Under the pieces are notes generated by a model that was not told the origin of the DNA, did not search any database, and was given only the letters and a program-made list of their open reading frames with translations. Made by a program: the position numbers and the translations under genes. 64,000 nucleotides of DNA, taken from positions 1 through 64,000 of IMG/VR virus record IMGVR_UViG_3300009130_000017, one strand, 5' to 3'. Of this stretch, positions 21,454 to 32,400 are shown one piece after another. Within the stretch, counting starts at the first letter, position 1. Every line of letters starts with the position of its first letter. Origin of the DNA: an uncultured virus (IMG/VR IMGVR_UViG_3300009130_000017) (lineage: Duplodnaviria > Heunggongvirae > Uroviricota > Caudoviricetes).

Positions 21454-23246
21454 GTGTAGAATCAATCCCAAGTCAGCCGCTTCCTATTTTTGATGTTCCT
21501 GAAATGCAGAATGTGAAAGCAGTATTTAGATATAACTTTTTCGTTGCAGATGAAACTGTTGATGAGTCTGGTAATGATGCTGTAAACGGAAACCTTTCAT
21601 CTAGATTTAAGCGAAAAGGAACCGTTGACATTACGAATCTCAATTCCAGACAGCCTCGCTATGCAACATTAACCTTTGGATTGAAGGATTCAAAGAAGAG
21701 TATGCTGGCAACGAAGAACTCGTCTATAAAGTCATCAGTGGATGAAATTCAATGGGCTTTGCGGAATGGAAAGATCTTTACCGAAGATGAGGCAGCCGGT
21801 TTGAATTTTACTGCATTATGCGCTGGAAATCTTCAGTTACCCACCAATATAGAAAATCTGCTTAGAATGCGGCTTAATTCTTTGGGGACTGATGAAGCAA
21901 CTCCCTTAGAGCTTTTGACAACAATTGCAGAAACCAGTAATGTCGACTCGAATTTACTCGAGAGTTTATTACCACCATCGCTAAATGAGGAGGCCGATGA
22001 GTCTTCGTATACTGATTTTTTTGGGGAGGAGTCAAGGTCTTCAACTCTCATGATGCTAAATTCGACGTATGCTCCGTATGCGCGACGAACATCAGCCCAG
22101 AGAGGAACCTCTCTGGGAATGGCCCAGATAGTAGAAGACTATATGGCTTCACTAAGAAAATCGACAGCAATTTCTGATAATCCCGCGCTATTAAGCAATG
22201 ATGAATATCTTTTTGATATTCCTTATGTGGATTTAGAAGAGGTTGAAACTGAAGACTTTGTTGCAGAAGCAGATGTTGTTGGTTTTGTGATTCAAAAAAA
22301 GAGAGTATATAAGGGGGTTAGATATCCAATGCCGCCAATCATTGCTCTAGGACAACGTGTAAGAACAGTGTATGATTCACAGATTGCGTATGGTCAGACA
22401 TATGAGTATACTGGATATACAATCGCCAAATTTAGGGTACCTGCTACAGATGTTGAAGGAAATACATTTATAAAGACATTTCTAGTTTCTTCGAAGCCAG
22501 CTCCGATGACTTCGATAACCGCCAAAGAAGACCGCCGCCCGGATCCACCGACCGATATTAATTTTTATTTTGAATATGACAAAGAGAATCTGGTTATTAC
22601 TTGGGCACCACCAGTCAATCCTCAGCGTGATGTGAAGTATATTCAGGTTTTCCGGAGAAAGTCTATTCATGATCCGTTTACACTGATCAAGCATTTCGAC
22701 TTTGATGACTCTGTGGTAAGATCCAATCCCAGAGAGCATATTGACCCAAGTGTAGATAAAGCGGTTCAGAATATGCCGACCTTTTATATAGATAGTGAAT
22801 TCAATAAGACGACGACGTATATCTATGCTCTTGTAGCAGTTGATGCCCGGCAGTTAAGTTCGAAATACTCTACCCAAATAAAGGTGAGTTTTGATAAATC
22901 TAAGAATAAGATAAGAAAAGAATTTATGTCGTATGCTGGGGCCCCTAAGCAGTATCCAAATTGGTTCTTAAAGCAAAACTTCTTTGTTGATACGATGAAA
23001 GACAGCTCTCACAAAGCATGCCAGATTTACTTTAATCCAGAAGCTTATACACTTCTTAAAAATGGAAGGGAAGTAATTCCAGCTTTTTGCACTACATCTA
23101 TAGACCCCTTGTCAAAGTACGTATTTCAGTTCATAAATACTGACAGGTTGCTTGACCAGAAGTTAGAAGTTACGATTGATGATTCAATTTTAGTAGAGAC
23201 GCCAGTAGAGCAAAAAACTACATTAGAGCAAGATATAAGTGAGTGA
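21450..23246 (+). CDS. Structural protein with FN3/Ig-like domain (598 aa)
   Basis: PDPPTDINF..LVITWAPP...YIQVFRR...YIYALVAVD matches an FN3 pattern; ATGA overlap with the upstream gene. Confidence 0.6.
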   Translation: MSVESIPSQPLPIFDVPEMQNVKAVFRYNFFVADETVDESGNDAVNGNLSSRFKRKGTVDITNLNSRQPRYATLTFGLKDSKKSMLATKNSSIKSSVDEIQWALRNGKIFTEDEAAGLNFTALCAGNLQLPTNIENLLRMRLNSLGTDEATPLELLTTIAETSNVDSNLLESLLPPSLNEEADESSYTDFFGEESRSSTLMMLNSTYAPYARRTSAQRGTSLGMAQIVEDYMASLRKSTAISDNPALLSNDEYLFDIPYVDLEEVETEDFVAEADVVGFVIQKKRVYKGVRYPMPPIIALGQRVRTVYDSQIAYGQTYEYTGYTIAKFRVPATDVEGNTFIKTFLVSSKPAPMTSITAKEDRRPDPPTDINFYFEYDKENLVITWAPPVNPQRDVKYIQVFRRKSIHDPFTLIKHFDFDDSVVRSNPREHIDPSVDKAVQNMPTFYIDSEFNKTTTYIYALVAVDARQLSSKYSTQIKVSFDKSKNKIRKEFMSYAGAPKQYPNWFLKQNFFVDTMKDSSHKACQIYFNPEAYTLLKNGREVIPAFCTTSIDPLSKYVFQFINTDRLLDQKLEVTIDDSILVETPVEQKTTLEQDISE

Positions 23247-23302
23247 ATGTTTACTACGTTTTTAGAGATGTATAATTAAACCCTGAGGAGTGGAGGAAGC
23301 AC

Positions 23303-24013
23303 ATGGGCTTTTTAGACAACAGTACGAATAATATTATAGTCGATGCCGTCCTTACCGACTATGGTAGGGAATTGTTATCGAGAAATGACGGCAGTTTTTC
23401 AATAGTGAAGTTTGCTTTTGGCGACGATGAAGTTGATTATGCAACAATACAAAAGTTCGGAAGGACTGTTGGTAAGGAAAAAATAGAAAAAAATACACCG
23501 GTTTTTGAGGCTCAAACGAACCAGAATTACGCCTTGAAGAACAAATTAATAAGCCTTTCCAACCCGACGCTTGTTAAGTTACCCAGCGTAACTTTGTCAG
23601 GTGATGGTGTTACTGGTGGTGCCGTGGCTTTTAAGAGGACTGGCTCAAGTTCCCAACGAACAATCACATTTACGCAAACAGTTACAGATGAAAATACGCT
23701 AGATCCAGAATTAAGAGACCAGACGTTCTTGGTGAAACTTCCTTATCGCTTTCTGGAATTGGTGGGAACAGACAATACACCAGACTCTATTGACTCGAAT
23801 GACATTGCGACATACATTGTCACAAGAGATAGTTCTACAACGGCGATCGGTGGATCTAAGTTGACCCTTAATATTAAGACACGTTCGATATCTGATAGCG
23901 TTTTTACTTATTACGGCGACGCAGACAACAAGTCTCAGATTTCAAGCACACTGCGGGTTATCGGTGTACAGTCTGGTGTTGTTTCCGAAATGACCGTGTC
24001 GATAGCGAAGTGA
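23303..24013 (+). CDS. Baseplate/fibre-attachment-type structural protein (236 aa)
   Basis: GGAGG SD. DAVLTDYGRELL...FSIVKFAFGDDEVDY resembles tail-collar/fibre N-terminal domains. Confidence 0.6.
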   Translation: MGFLDNSTNNIIVDAVLTDYGRELLSRNDGSFSIVKFAFGDDEVDYATIQKFGRTVGKEKIEKNTPVFEAQTNQNYALKNKLISLSNPTLVKLPSVTLSGDGVTGGAVAFKRTGSSSQRTITFTQTVTDENTLDPELRDQTFLVKLPYRFLELVGTDNTPDSIDSNDIATYIVTRDSSTTAIGGSKLTLNIKTRSISDSVFTYYGDADNKSQISSTLRVIGVQSGVVSEMTVSIAK

Positions 24014-24023
24014 GGAAAGATTA

Positions 24024-25367
24024 GTGGCTACCTTTAAAGAAATTTCAGCAGCAGACGTTAAGACATCACGTTCTGTATTAAACCAACTTGTAGATGTTAT
24101 CCAGGAAGATATATCTGGGTCTGCAACAAGAAGGACCTATCAAATGTGGGTAACGGGTGGTATCGGTCCCGGTGTTACTTCTTCATTATACCAAACAGTA
24201 TATGATCAAGACTTCTCACTACAGACGGCGAACCCTATACTGGATATGACTTGTGGTCTTTGGGTTTCAGGATCAACGGTGCTTAGTTGCTCTTCTGGGC
24301 TTGATGCAAATGGAAAGATGCTATTCCCTTCAAGCTCGTTAATGATGAGAGAAAAAATAGACATTTACAAGCAGTACGCGGCCAGCTTGCTGGGGAATGC
24401 TGATGCAGCCTTCGCTACTCCTTTTGGCAGCTCAACAGCAACCGACTTGGCTGATGCTGTGGTCTTTCTTTCTTTTAAGAGGTTATTCACTCGTGATAAG
24501 ATAAAGCGAGAAACTTTCGCTCTTAAGATGTATGCATCCGCTTCAGAAACGCAGTTTCCAGATTGCGGGCAGGAGCAATATCTATTACCCTCTGCACAGT
24601 CTGGCGCCGATGCTCCTGCTCTATCTATTGCCAACTCCTGGTGGGGATCCCCGAACTTAAATAAAACGTCTACTGGTTCGGTTAAAATTTATACTGACTT
24701 CGGATCCTCAGCAAACCGTCGACGTACCTTTGGTGGGGAAGTCGGAGACTTGGTTGATTCTAGTGATACGACAAAGAAGATTGGGCTTGTCTTTTATGAT
24801 GCAGGCACTATCGTTCTTAACGTCGCGAGAGCAATAAACGCTGCTCAATATGCAAGTGGTACAATCGACGGTATGACAGCCACTGCTGGTGCGACGAATG
24901 CGAATGTACCTCGTGGTAAGATGGTCTTAGGTCATGGTAATGGAACAATGACCCGGTGGAGCGCTGATGATGCCAATCTAGGTAGTAAAGCTCAGTTTGT
25001 TCCCGACTTATTCACATCAGGATCGATCGATGATATTGTCAAGCATTTTGCCACTGCACGATTTAGTTCTGGATCATTAACTGCTACGACGTTCCAGAAT
25101 AATACGAACATTAACTCAACGTTAATATTCTGTAGAGCAACAGCTGATGAATTCAATTATTCATCAAATCCAACGTACACTGACACCAATAACAGAATAA
25201 GAGTTATTGACGAGGGCCAGGAAGACGTTCAGCGATCCTTCAGTTTTATAACGACTGTTGGATTGTACGATGTAAACGACAACCTACTGGCTGTCGCAAA
25301 GCTTTCTAGACCGATTGAAAAGAACGATGAAAAGGATCTGACCGTCAGGGTAAGGCTGGATTTCTAG
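24024..25367 (+). CDS. Baseplate wedge/periphery structural protein (447 aa)
   Basis: GTG start after GAGG. C-terminal FITTVGLYD..NLLAVAKLSRP...RVRLDF; many SGS/TGS motifs. Confidence 0.6.
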   Translation: MATFKEISAADVKTSRSVLNQLVDVIQEDISGSATRRTYQMWVTGGIGPGVTSSLYQTVYDQDFSLQTANPILDMTCGLWVSGSTVLSCSSGLDANGKMLFPSSSLMMREKIDIYKQYAASLLGNADAAFATPFGSSTATDLADAVVFLSFKRLFTRDKIKRETFALKMYASASETQFPDCGQEQYLLPSAQSGADAPALSIANSWWGSPNLNKTSTGSVKIYTDFGSSANRRRTFGGEVGDLVDSSDTTKKIGLVFYDAGTIVLNVARAINAAQYASGTIDGMTATAGATNANVPRGKMVLGHGNGTMTRWSADDANLGSKAQFVPDLFTSGSIDDIVKHFATARFSSGSLTATTFQNNTNINSTLIFCRATADEFNYSSNPTYTDTNNRIRVIDEGQEDVQRSFSFITTVGLYDVNDNLLAVAKLSRPIEKNDEKDLTVRVRLDF

Positions 25368-25378
25368 CGAGGGTACCA

Positions 25379-27970
25379 ATGTCCCTTTTTAGGCTTGACA
25401 AAAATTACTTTGACAGTTTTAAGATACTCACCAAACCAAAGCGGAAGTTTATTTCTGGTTCTGGTGAGCTTGTCGGAGCTGTTAAGGTTTTCCCATTAGC
25501 GGCAATGGGTATGAAGGAGGTTCCAAAAGAAGCGGCTCCTGATTCGCCTCCCCTTGCAGATAGCTTGGAAGAGTATCGCCTCTCTGTTTTAGCGATATCA
25601 TCTTCCGCATCAACTGCGTCTATATCATATGATGAGATAGACAAGTACATGTTACTTGTAAATTCGGCCAGCGTTTCTGCCAAGCGACAAAAAGAAGTAG
25701 AAATTCTACGCTTTGAGCCCTCATTTAAATTTACTAGTGATACTCTAAGAAAAAGGGTCATCCAAGAAGTTTTATTCCCATTTTATAGACCACAATACGG
25801 GTCAACGTGTAATTGGGCTTTCACAAATTACCACACGCTTAATTTCTTTAATACAGATGAGCCAGAAAGAACGTATTGGGAGGAACGTACTGTCCCCATG
25901 GGTCCCGCACTTGCTCGAATTCCTTCTAGCTCTGTATTGATATATCCAGCAATGTCAGCTAGCGGTAATGCTTCTGTTGATAATCAGATAAATGGCTTGA
26001 CTCCATATCGACCAACCGGTTCATTTTCTTTTGAATTCTATATCAATCCCAGATATACATCATTTACTCGTGGTGGAGATTTTAAGGCTGGAACAATTTT
26101 TCATATGTCTAGCTCCTTTGCTCTATCGCTAGTTTCGGGTAGCTCACGAGACGCAAATGGTTATGTAGATGGGTATAGGCTGCTATTGCAGTTGTCTCAC
26201 AGTGCAGATATTCCTCCTTCGGAGATCACATTAGAGACATCAGACTACAGCGCTGAAGCTGGACATCTGATTTATTCATCATCTAACAATTCTCTAAAGA
26301 GGAACCATTGGCACTATTGTTGTGTTCGATGGAGTCATAATGACCAGAATTCTACTGGATCATTTTTTATTGACGGTGAAAACCGTGGTGAATTTCTTAT
26401 TAAAGATACGTTCTTAACTGCCAGTGGATTAACCCAATCCGGAAGCTGGTTACAAGCGACGAATCTATCATTACCTACCTCAGCTGATAGTCCAGGTGAT
26501 TCTTCACGGGGTGGTACTGGCGGTAAGCGTGGCGCACCTGATGCTTTATTCGTTGGCAACTATTATACTGGTCCGAATAATGATTCTCCTGATTGGGGGG
26601 GTGCTAGTAGTGATTCATACGTAGCACAATTCTTCAATCCACAGGCTGCGTATACTGACGGTATTAAAGATTTTTATCCAACCGTCGACAGAGAATCAAA
26701 CGATGCACCACCGAATCCTGAGATATATTCTTTTGATCACCCACTACAAGCTGAGCTCCATGAGTTAAAGATCTATAGCCGGTATAGAAATGATGGAGAG
26801 ATTTTAACGTCCAGCGTGGAAGGAATTGAGAACCTTTATACTGCTTCATTAGATGGACTAGAATTTTACGTTCCACCATTCTTTGTAAAAGATACACGTC
26901 TTCGTGATATATTCCAGACTCCGTTTCAAACAGTAAGAGGCTCGACTGACGATCCGTTTAACGTTCCACTTTCTTTTGGCGTTGGTGGTCACTATCTCAA
27001 TCTTGAGAATTTTACGAAAGAGCTTGTAAAGAACGAGTGGCCTCGCTTATACGCCCTATCAGGAAGCACCATTGATTCGAATACGGGTTGGCAAAGTTGT
27101 AATTATTTCCTGTTTTCGTCAGGAAGTGTTAGGAAGAGAAATCTTACGATTCTTCCATGTGATAACGGAAGGTTTAGCCAGAACTTTAATCTTCTTGAGC
27201 AGATGGTCACTTCCTCGAATTCTTTAAGCTTGTTTGTTGATGATCAAGGGACAAGGCGGTTAAGCTTAGTGAGCTTAAATAATCTTCTTCCAACCGGGTC
27301 GATTGGGGAAGGTCTCTTAGGCGCTGAAAAAGAGGGGTCCATTTCCGCAGCACTGGCTGGCCCTACGCCTGACGACCCCTCTATCCCTGCGGGTGCTATA
27401 TTGACGATCTATAATAGGACCCGCGATCCATCTTCGAATGAAGTCTCTTTTTTCGATGCTAGCAATCTATTCTACGGTAATAAGATCGATCCCTTCACCT
27501 ATTATCTTCGTGATCCTTTAGTGACTGGATCTGCTGGTAGGGTAAAGATTACATTACGGGATAATGGCCGAGGTAACCTCTATAGGTGCGACGCTACAGG
27601 CAGTCATGCAACTTGGTCGACTGTGGGTACGCTAATGTACGAGGAGGGCTTAGCAGTTGTAAAGACACCAGTTATACCGCGCTTCGGAAGAGATCGCTTT
27701 GAGGTCGATCTAACAGGTCAACAGAATATTTACAACTTGAGGATGAGTGTTCCAGCCGAAGAAGGAAACCTCGACCTATCAGTAAACCCAACTTTCCAGA
27801 GTCTTGCCCCCTCCGGCCTGACTGCAGATGCATTATCAGATTTTACTTACATAACGAATGTTAACTTTTTAGATGAAAACCTTAATGTAATACTTAAGTC
27901 TAATTTCTCTCAAGCTGTGGTGAAGAGAGTCGACGACAGGTTCGTCATAAGAGTAAAACTGGATTTTTAG
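25379..27970 (+). CDS. Baseplate periphery protein with LamG/concanavalin-like domain (863 aa); C-terminus paralogous to 24024
   Basis: SFSFEFYINP, NHWHYCCVRW, FFIDG and ELHELKIYSR are LamG-like strands; ends YITNVNFLDENLNVILK...RVKLDF. Confidence 0.6.
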   Translation: MSLFRLDKNYFDSFKILTKPKRKFISGSGELVGAVKVFPLAAMGMKEVPKEAAPDSPPLADSLEEYRLSVLAISSSASTASISYDEIDKYMLLVNSASVSAKRQKEVEILRFEPSFKFTSDTLRKRVIQEVLFPFYRPQYGSTCNWAFTNYHTLNFFNTDEPERTYWEERTVPMGPALARIPSSSVLIYPAMSASGNASVDNQINGLTPYRPTGSFSFEFYINPRYTSFTRGGDFKAGTIFHMSSSFALSLVSGSSRDANGYVDGYRLLLQLSHSADIPPSEITLETSDYSAEAGHLIYSSSNNSLKRNHWHYCCVRWSHNDQNSTGSFFIDGENRGEFLIKDTFLTASGLTQSGSWLQATNLSLPTSADSPGDSSRGGTGGKRGAPDALFVGNYYTGPNNDSPDWGGASSDSYVAQFFNPQAAYTDGIKDFYPTVDRESNDAPPNPEIYSFDHPLQAELHELKIYSRYRNDGEILTSSVEGIENLYTASLDGLEFYVPPFFVKDTRLRDIFQTPFQTVRGSTDDPFNVPLSFGVGGHYLNLENFTKELVKNEWPRLYALSGSTIDSNTGWQSCNYFLFSSGSVRKRNLTILPCDNGRFSQNFNLLEQMVTSSNSLSLFVDDQGTRRLSLVSLNNLLPTGSIGEGLLGAEKEGSISAALAGPTPDDPSIPAGAILTIYNRTRDPSSNEVSFFDASNLFYGNKIDPFTYYLRDPLVTGSAGRVKITLRDNGRGNLYRCDATGSHATWSTVGTLMYEEGLAVVKTPVIPRFGRDRFEVDLTGQQNIYNLRMSVPAEEGNLDLSVNPTFQSLAPSGLTADALSDFTYITNVNFLDENLNVILKSNFSQAVVKRVDDRFVIRVKLDF

Positions 27971-28518
27971 TGTCTTATATCCTTGGGTTAGATATATCAA
28001 CCTCTAATGTAGGTTGGTGTATCTTAGAAGAAAACACTGGTGAGTTTGTAGATGCTAGTGCGATAGTGCTTACAAAGATTCCCTGTATATTTCAAAAGGC
28101 AGAGTGTGTAAGACAACAATTGAAAAAAATAAGAGAGCATTATACTATTAAGCATATAGCGATAGAAGAGAACCTGCAAGCATTTCGTCCAGGGTTTTCT
28201 AGCGCTAAAACCATTGTAACTTTAGCGAGGTTCAACGGAATGGTAAGCTTAATGTCTTATAACGTTTTCGATATGTCTCCGTCTTTTATCAATGTTAATC
28301 ACGCAAGGAAGGTTGTAGGGTTAAAGATAGATAGAAAATCTGAGACTAGTACGAAAGATCAAGTACTTGAATTCGCAAGAAGAAGAATAGCTAATTTTGA
28401 ATGGCCTATGCGAACCATGAAGTCAGGACCAAGAAAGGGTCTTGTACTCTTCGCTGATAGCTGTTATGATATATCAGATGCCTATATTATAGCTTCTTCT
28501 TGTGTGCAAAATGAGTGA
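27970..28518 (+). CDS. RuvC-like Holliday junction resolvase
   Basis: ILGLDISTSNVGW (catalytic Asp), IAIEE and C-terminal DISDAY; 182 aa. Confidence 0.8.
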   Translation: MSYILGLDISTSNVGWCILEENTGEFVDASAIVLTKIPCIFQKAECVRQQLKKIREHYTIKHIAIEENLQAFRPGFSSAKTIVTLARFNGMVSLMSYNVFDMSPSFINVNHARKVVGLKIDRKSETSTKDQVLEFARRRIANFEWPMRTMKSGPRKGLVLFADSCYDISDAYIIASSCVQNE

Positions 28519-29485
28519 TGATCATCTAATAAGAAAAAGGGTCAATTTGATCCAGCGTGCATTCGGTACTTCTATCCTTGATAGAGATGGTGTGAATGTT
28601 GCGGTGAGTTGTGTGAATGGGAAGTGTTCTTCTTATGGGAGTCAAACGAAGAAGAAGCTAACGCTTAGAGTCGATAATGAATTTTTCCACTGCTGGGTTT
28701 GTGGCTTGCGGGGTAAAGGGTTAGCTTATTTCTTTAAGAAGTATAAACCGAATTATTATAATACGGCATCGGGCATTTTTGAAAAAAAAGTTACAGAAAA
28801 AAAGGAAGATGAACTCCCTCCTGTAGCTTTACCTGAAAACTTCTCTTTACTTGCAACGTTAACGAACCGATCAGATCCTGATTTGAAGGCGTGTTTAAAT
28901 TATCTTTATAACCGAGGGTTTTCTAACAGAGACCTCTGGTATTATCGACTCGGCGCCGTATCTTCTGGTAGATTTCGTCGAAGGATTATTATTCCATCAT
29001 TCGATTCGGATGGAACTCTTAATTACTTCACTGCTCGAGCAATCGATCCTGATGTGGGTAGAAAGTACATGAACCCTCGAGTAAAGCGAAGCGAAATAAT
29101 CTTTAATGAGATAAACATCGATTGGGATGATGAGCTTACGATTGTAGAGGGTCCATTCGATCTGATGAAAGCTAACCAAAACTGTACATGTTTGTTGGGC
29201 AGCTCATTAACAGAAAAACATTTTTTATTTCAGCGTATAGTAGCTAACAGAACACCAGTACTGCTTTCATTAGATCCGGATGCAAAAAAGAAAACTCAGG
29301 ATATTGCAAAGCTCTTGAATTCTTTTGATGTGGGTGTAAGGGTTGCAGACGTTCGACCCTTTAGCGATGTAGGTGAAATGCCTATTGGTGAATTTGAGAA
29401 ATATAGAGAGGATGCGAAGCCATGGACAGAGATGGATAGATTGAAAAGTATGATCAGTTCTATCAAGTCGGGTTCGCTAATATGA
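28511..29485 (+). CDS. DnaG-type DNA primase (Zn-binding domain + TOPRIM)
   Basis: CVNGKC...FHCWVCG Zn site; RIIIPSFD...YFTAR; KYMNP; TOPRIM VEGPFD and LDPDA. ATG 28511 preferred to GTG 28502. Confidence 0.85.
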   Translation: MSDDHLIRKRVNLIQRAFGTSILDRDGVNVAVSCVNGKCSSYGSQTKKKLTLRVDNEFFHCWVCGLRGKGLAYFFKKYKPNYYNTASGIFEKKVTEKKEDELPPVALPENFSLLATLTNRSDPDLKACLNYLYNRGFSNRDLWYYRLGAVSSGRFRRRIIIPSFDSDGTLNYFTARAIDPDVGRKYMNPRVKRSEIIFNEINIDWDDELTIVEGPFDLMKANQNCTCLLGSSLTEKHFLFQRIVANRTPVLLSLDPDAKKKTQDIAKLLNSFDVGVRVADVRPFSDVGEMPIGEFEKYREDAKPWTEMDRLKSMISSIKSGSLI

Positions 29486-29497
29486 GAGGGTTGAATA

Positions 29498-32400
29498 TTG
29501 TCTTTTAAGTGCGCGCATTTTGCGGATATACATTTTCGAGGTCTAACAAGACATGAAGAGTATAGAAAAGTTTTCAATCAGGCATACGATAAACTGCGTA
29601 TATTGAAGCCTGACGTAATTTTCTTGGGTGGTGATATTGTACACTCAAAGACTCAGGGGATAAGTCCTGAGCTCATTGAAATTCTACGGTGGTGGCTGAC
29701 ATCTCTTGCTGAGATAGCTCCGGTTCACATTATATTAGGAAACCATGATGGGTTGATGCTTAATGAAGATCGTCTTGATGCGATTACTCCAATTGTTAAA
29801 ACCTTAAATAATCCGCGTGTATTATTGATGAAAGGAACCGGCGTCTATCCAACGGGGGTCGATGGGTACAACTGGTGTACGTTCTGTTGCTTCGATGTGA
29901 AGTCTTGGCCTAATCTTACCCCTCCAAACGAAGGTGTCAATCTGGCCCTATATCATGGGCCCGTAAATGGATCATTAACTGATCAAGACTGGGAGATAAA
30001 TGGGGATAGTATTAAGGCTGATTTTTTCAAGGATTACGATTTTGCATTACTTGGAGACATTCATAAGCGACAATTTTTGACAGACACTATAGCATATCCA
30101 GGATCACCAATTCAGCAGAACTACGGAGAAGATGTAGAGAAAGGGTTTTTATTTTGGGATATTAAAGATAAAAAAGATTTTAGTGTGAAGTTTATCCCGC
30201 TCCACAACCCTCATGCATTTCGTACAATATCTTGGATGGGAGACATCATTCAGACGCTTGACCAGATTCCTGAGGAATGGTCTGGTTCGAGATTTAGAAT
30301 TGCGCACAAGGGAATAAATCAACTTGACTTTCGGCAGCTTCAATCTGCTCTAAAAGAAAAGTTTGACGCATTTGAAGTGGTGTCGAAGAATGAATCTTCA
30401 TCGATTGTTGGCGGGGAAGTGGAGATAACCACTTCCATTGGGAAGATCAGTAGAAATGATCTTAGAAGTTTCACACAACAAGATATGTTGATGACTGACT
30501 TTGTTTCTAAACTCGAGATGGAAGATGAAGATAGAGAGCAACTACGACATCTACATAAAGATATTTTTAAGCGATGTGTCCAGCAAGTCACAAATAAATC
30601 ACATCAGTGGAGGCTCAGAAAACTATCATTCGATAATACTTTTGGCTACGGCGAAGAGAACGTAATCGATTTTGATGCCCTAAGCGGCATAACAGGGATT
30701 TTTGGAAAAAATCGTTCTGGAAAATCCTCTATCCCTGGTACACTAGTGTATTCGTTATTTAACTCCACTGACCGTGGAGTTCTTAAGAACCTGCATGTGA
30801 TCAATAATAGGAAAACATTTTGTCGAGCAACAACAGATTTCTCCGTTGGTGGTGAGATGTATAGAGCAGATCGACAGACAATAAAGAGGGTGAGTAGAAA
30901 AGGTTCAGTGTCAGCACCCACAAACCTGAACCTCTTTAAGATTGATGAGTCCGGGGAACCCATCGAGGATAATACGGGCGAACAAAGAAGAGAAACGGAG
31001 AAAGTACTAAGAACTCTTGTGGGTAGTGTTGATGATTTTCTAATGACGTCATTTGCATCTCAGGGTGAAATGAATGCTTTTATTAGAGAGGGCTCCACTC
31101 GACGGAAAGCCATCTTAACAAGATTTCTAGACCTGCAGATGTTTGATGACATGCTTAAGATTGCGAAGAACGAGATGTCCGAGCTTAGGGGAGAAATGAA
31201 ATCGGCTCCTGATAAGAATTGGAGCATTTTAGTTGATGAGCAAAAAGATCTTCTCGAGTCTTTTATGGATGAGCGTAGTGAAGTAGAGGATGAGCTAGGT
31301 GAGCTTAAGGAGAAGAGAGATGATCTTAAGATAAAACTAGCTGCGCTTCCATCCGCTGGAAAATATACAAAAGTTCAGATTGGTGAGCAGGTCCAGAAGC
31401 TTAATACTTTAGAGGGAAAAGCAAATAATTTCAAAAAACAGATCATTACACTTTCGACAGAAAGAGATGCAGTATCTAAAAGGCTTGAAAAAATTGAAGT
31501 GATTCGAGAGCAATTCCCGATCGATGAGCTAAGGGCTCAAGCTACACTTTTGTGCGACCTCAAACAGCAATGTGAATTATCAGAAGCAAATCTAAATTTA
31601 GAATTACAAAGACTTGAGTCGAAAAAGAAGCTCCAGAAAAAGCTAAAACCGTGCTCTTGTGCTGCGCATGCTCCCAATTGTAAGTATGTAAAAGACGCAA
31701 TGAAGAATGAGAATGAATTGGGGGATCAGAAGGCTGTCGTTTCGACTGCGAGAAAAGAGCTCCGAGCTATCAAGTCCAATCTTGAAAAATTACAGTCCGC
31801 TGGAATCAGCGAGAAACTAGAAAAGTATGAACAAATTCTTCAGCGTGATCAAGAGCTGAAATTAGAAAATTCAGAAATGAAACTGCAAATGAAAGAACTT
31901 GAGTCTAGTCATCAGGAGATTAAGACTTCTCTAACTGCTGGTAAAGAATTACTACGTGAAATGCGCTTACGGTCGGTGGATGATGAGAAAGATCAAGAAG
32001 TGATAAAGATGCAAGGTGATTTGTCAAGTATCGAAAACCGTATTTCCGAGTTAGATGGTAGCCGGTTATATCTTGCAGAGCAAATCAGTGTTACAAAACA
32101 GACATGTAATAATCTAAATGAAGAAAAAGATCGATTTGGTACGATCAAGTCAAGGTGGGAAACCTATAATACATTTAGCCAAGCAGTCGATAAGAAAGGG
32201 ATCCCGTTAACGATCTTGTCATTACAGTTACCCCAGATTAATTCTGAGTTAACGAAGATACTTCAAGGTGTTGTGAATTTTGAGTTATCCCTTGAGGCAG
32301 ATGCCGATTCGAACAATATGGATATTTTTATAGACTATGGCGACTCAAAGAGAATTATAGAATGCGGATCTGGGATGGAGAAGATGATTGCGTCTCTTGC

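Noticed and set aside
23250..23276. TTTACT...TATAAT as another copy of the N16 promoter class
   Set aside because: The spacer is 15 nt and the site overlaps an ATAATTA motif, so it was counted only in the late-motif set.
27970..28518. RuvC-fold protein as a Cas12/TnpB-like or transposase nuclease
   Set aside because: It is only 182 aa with stand-alone resolvase motif spacing; no Zn ribbon, array or IS ends nearby.
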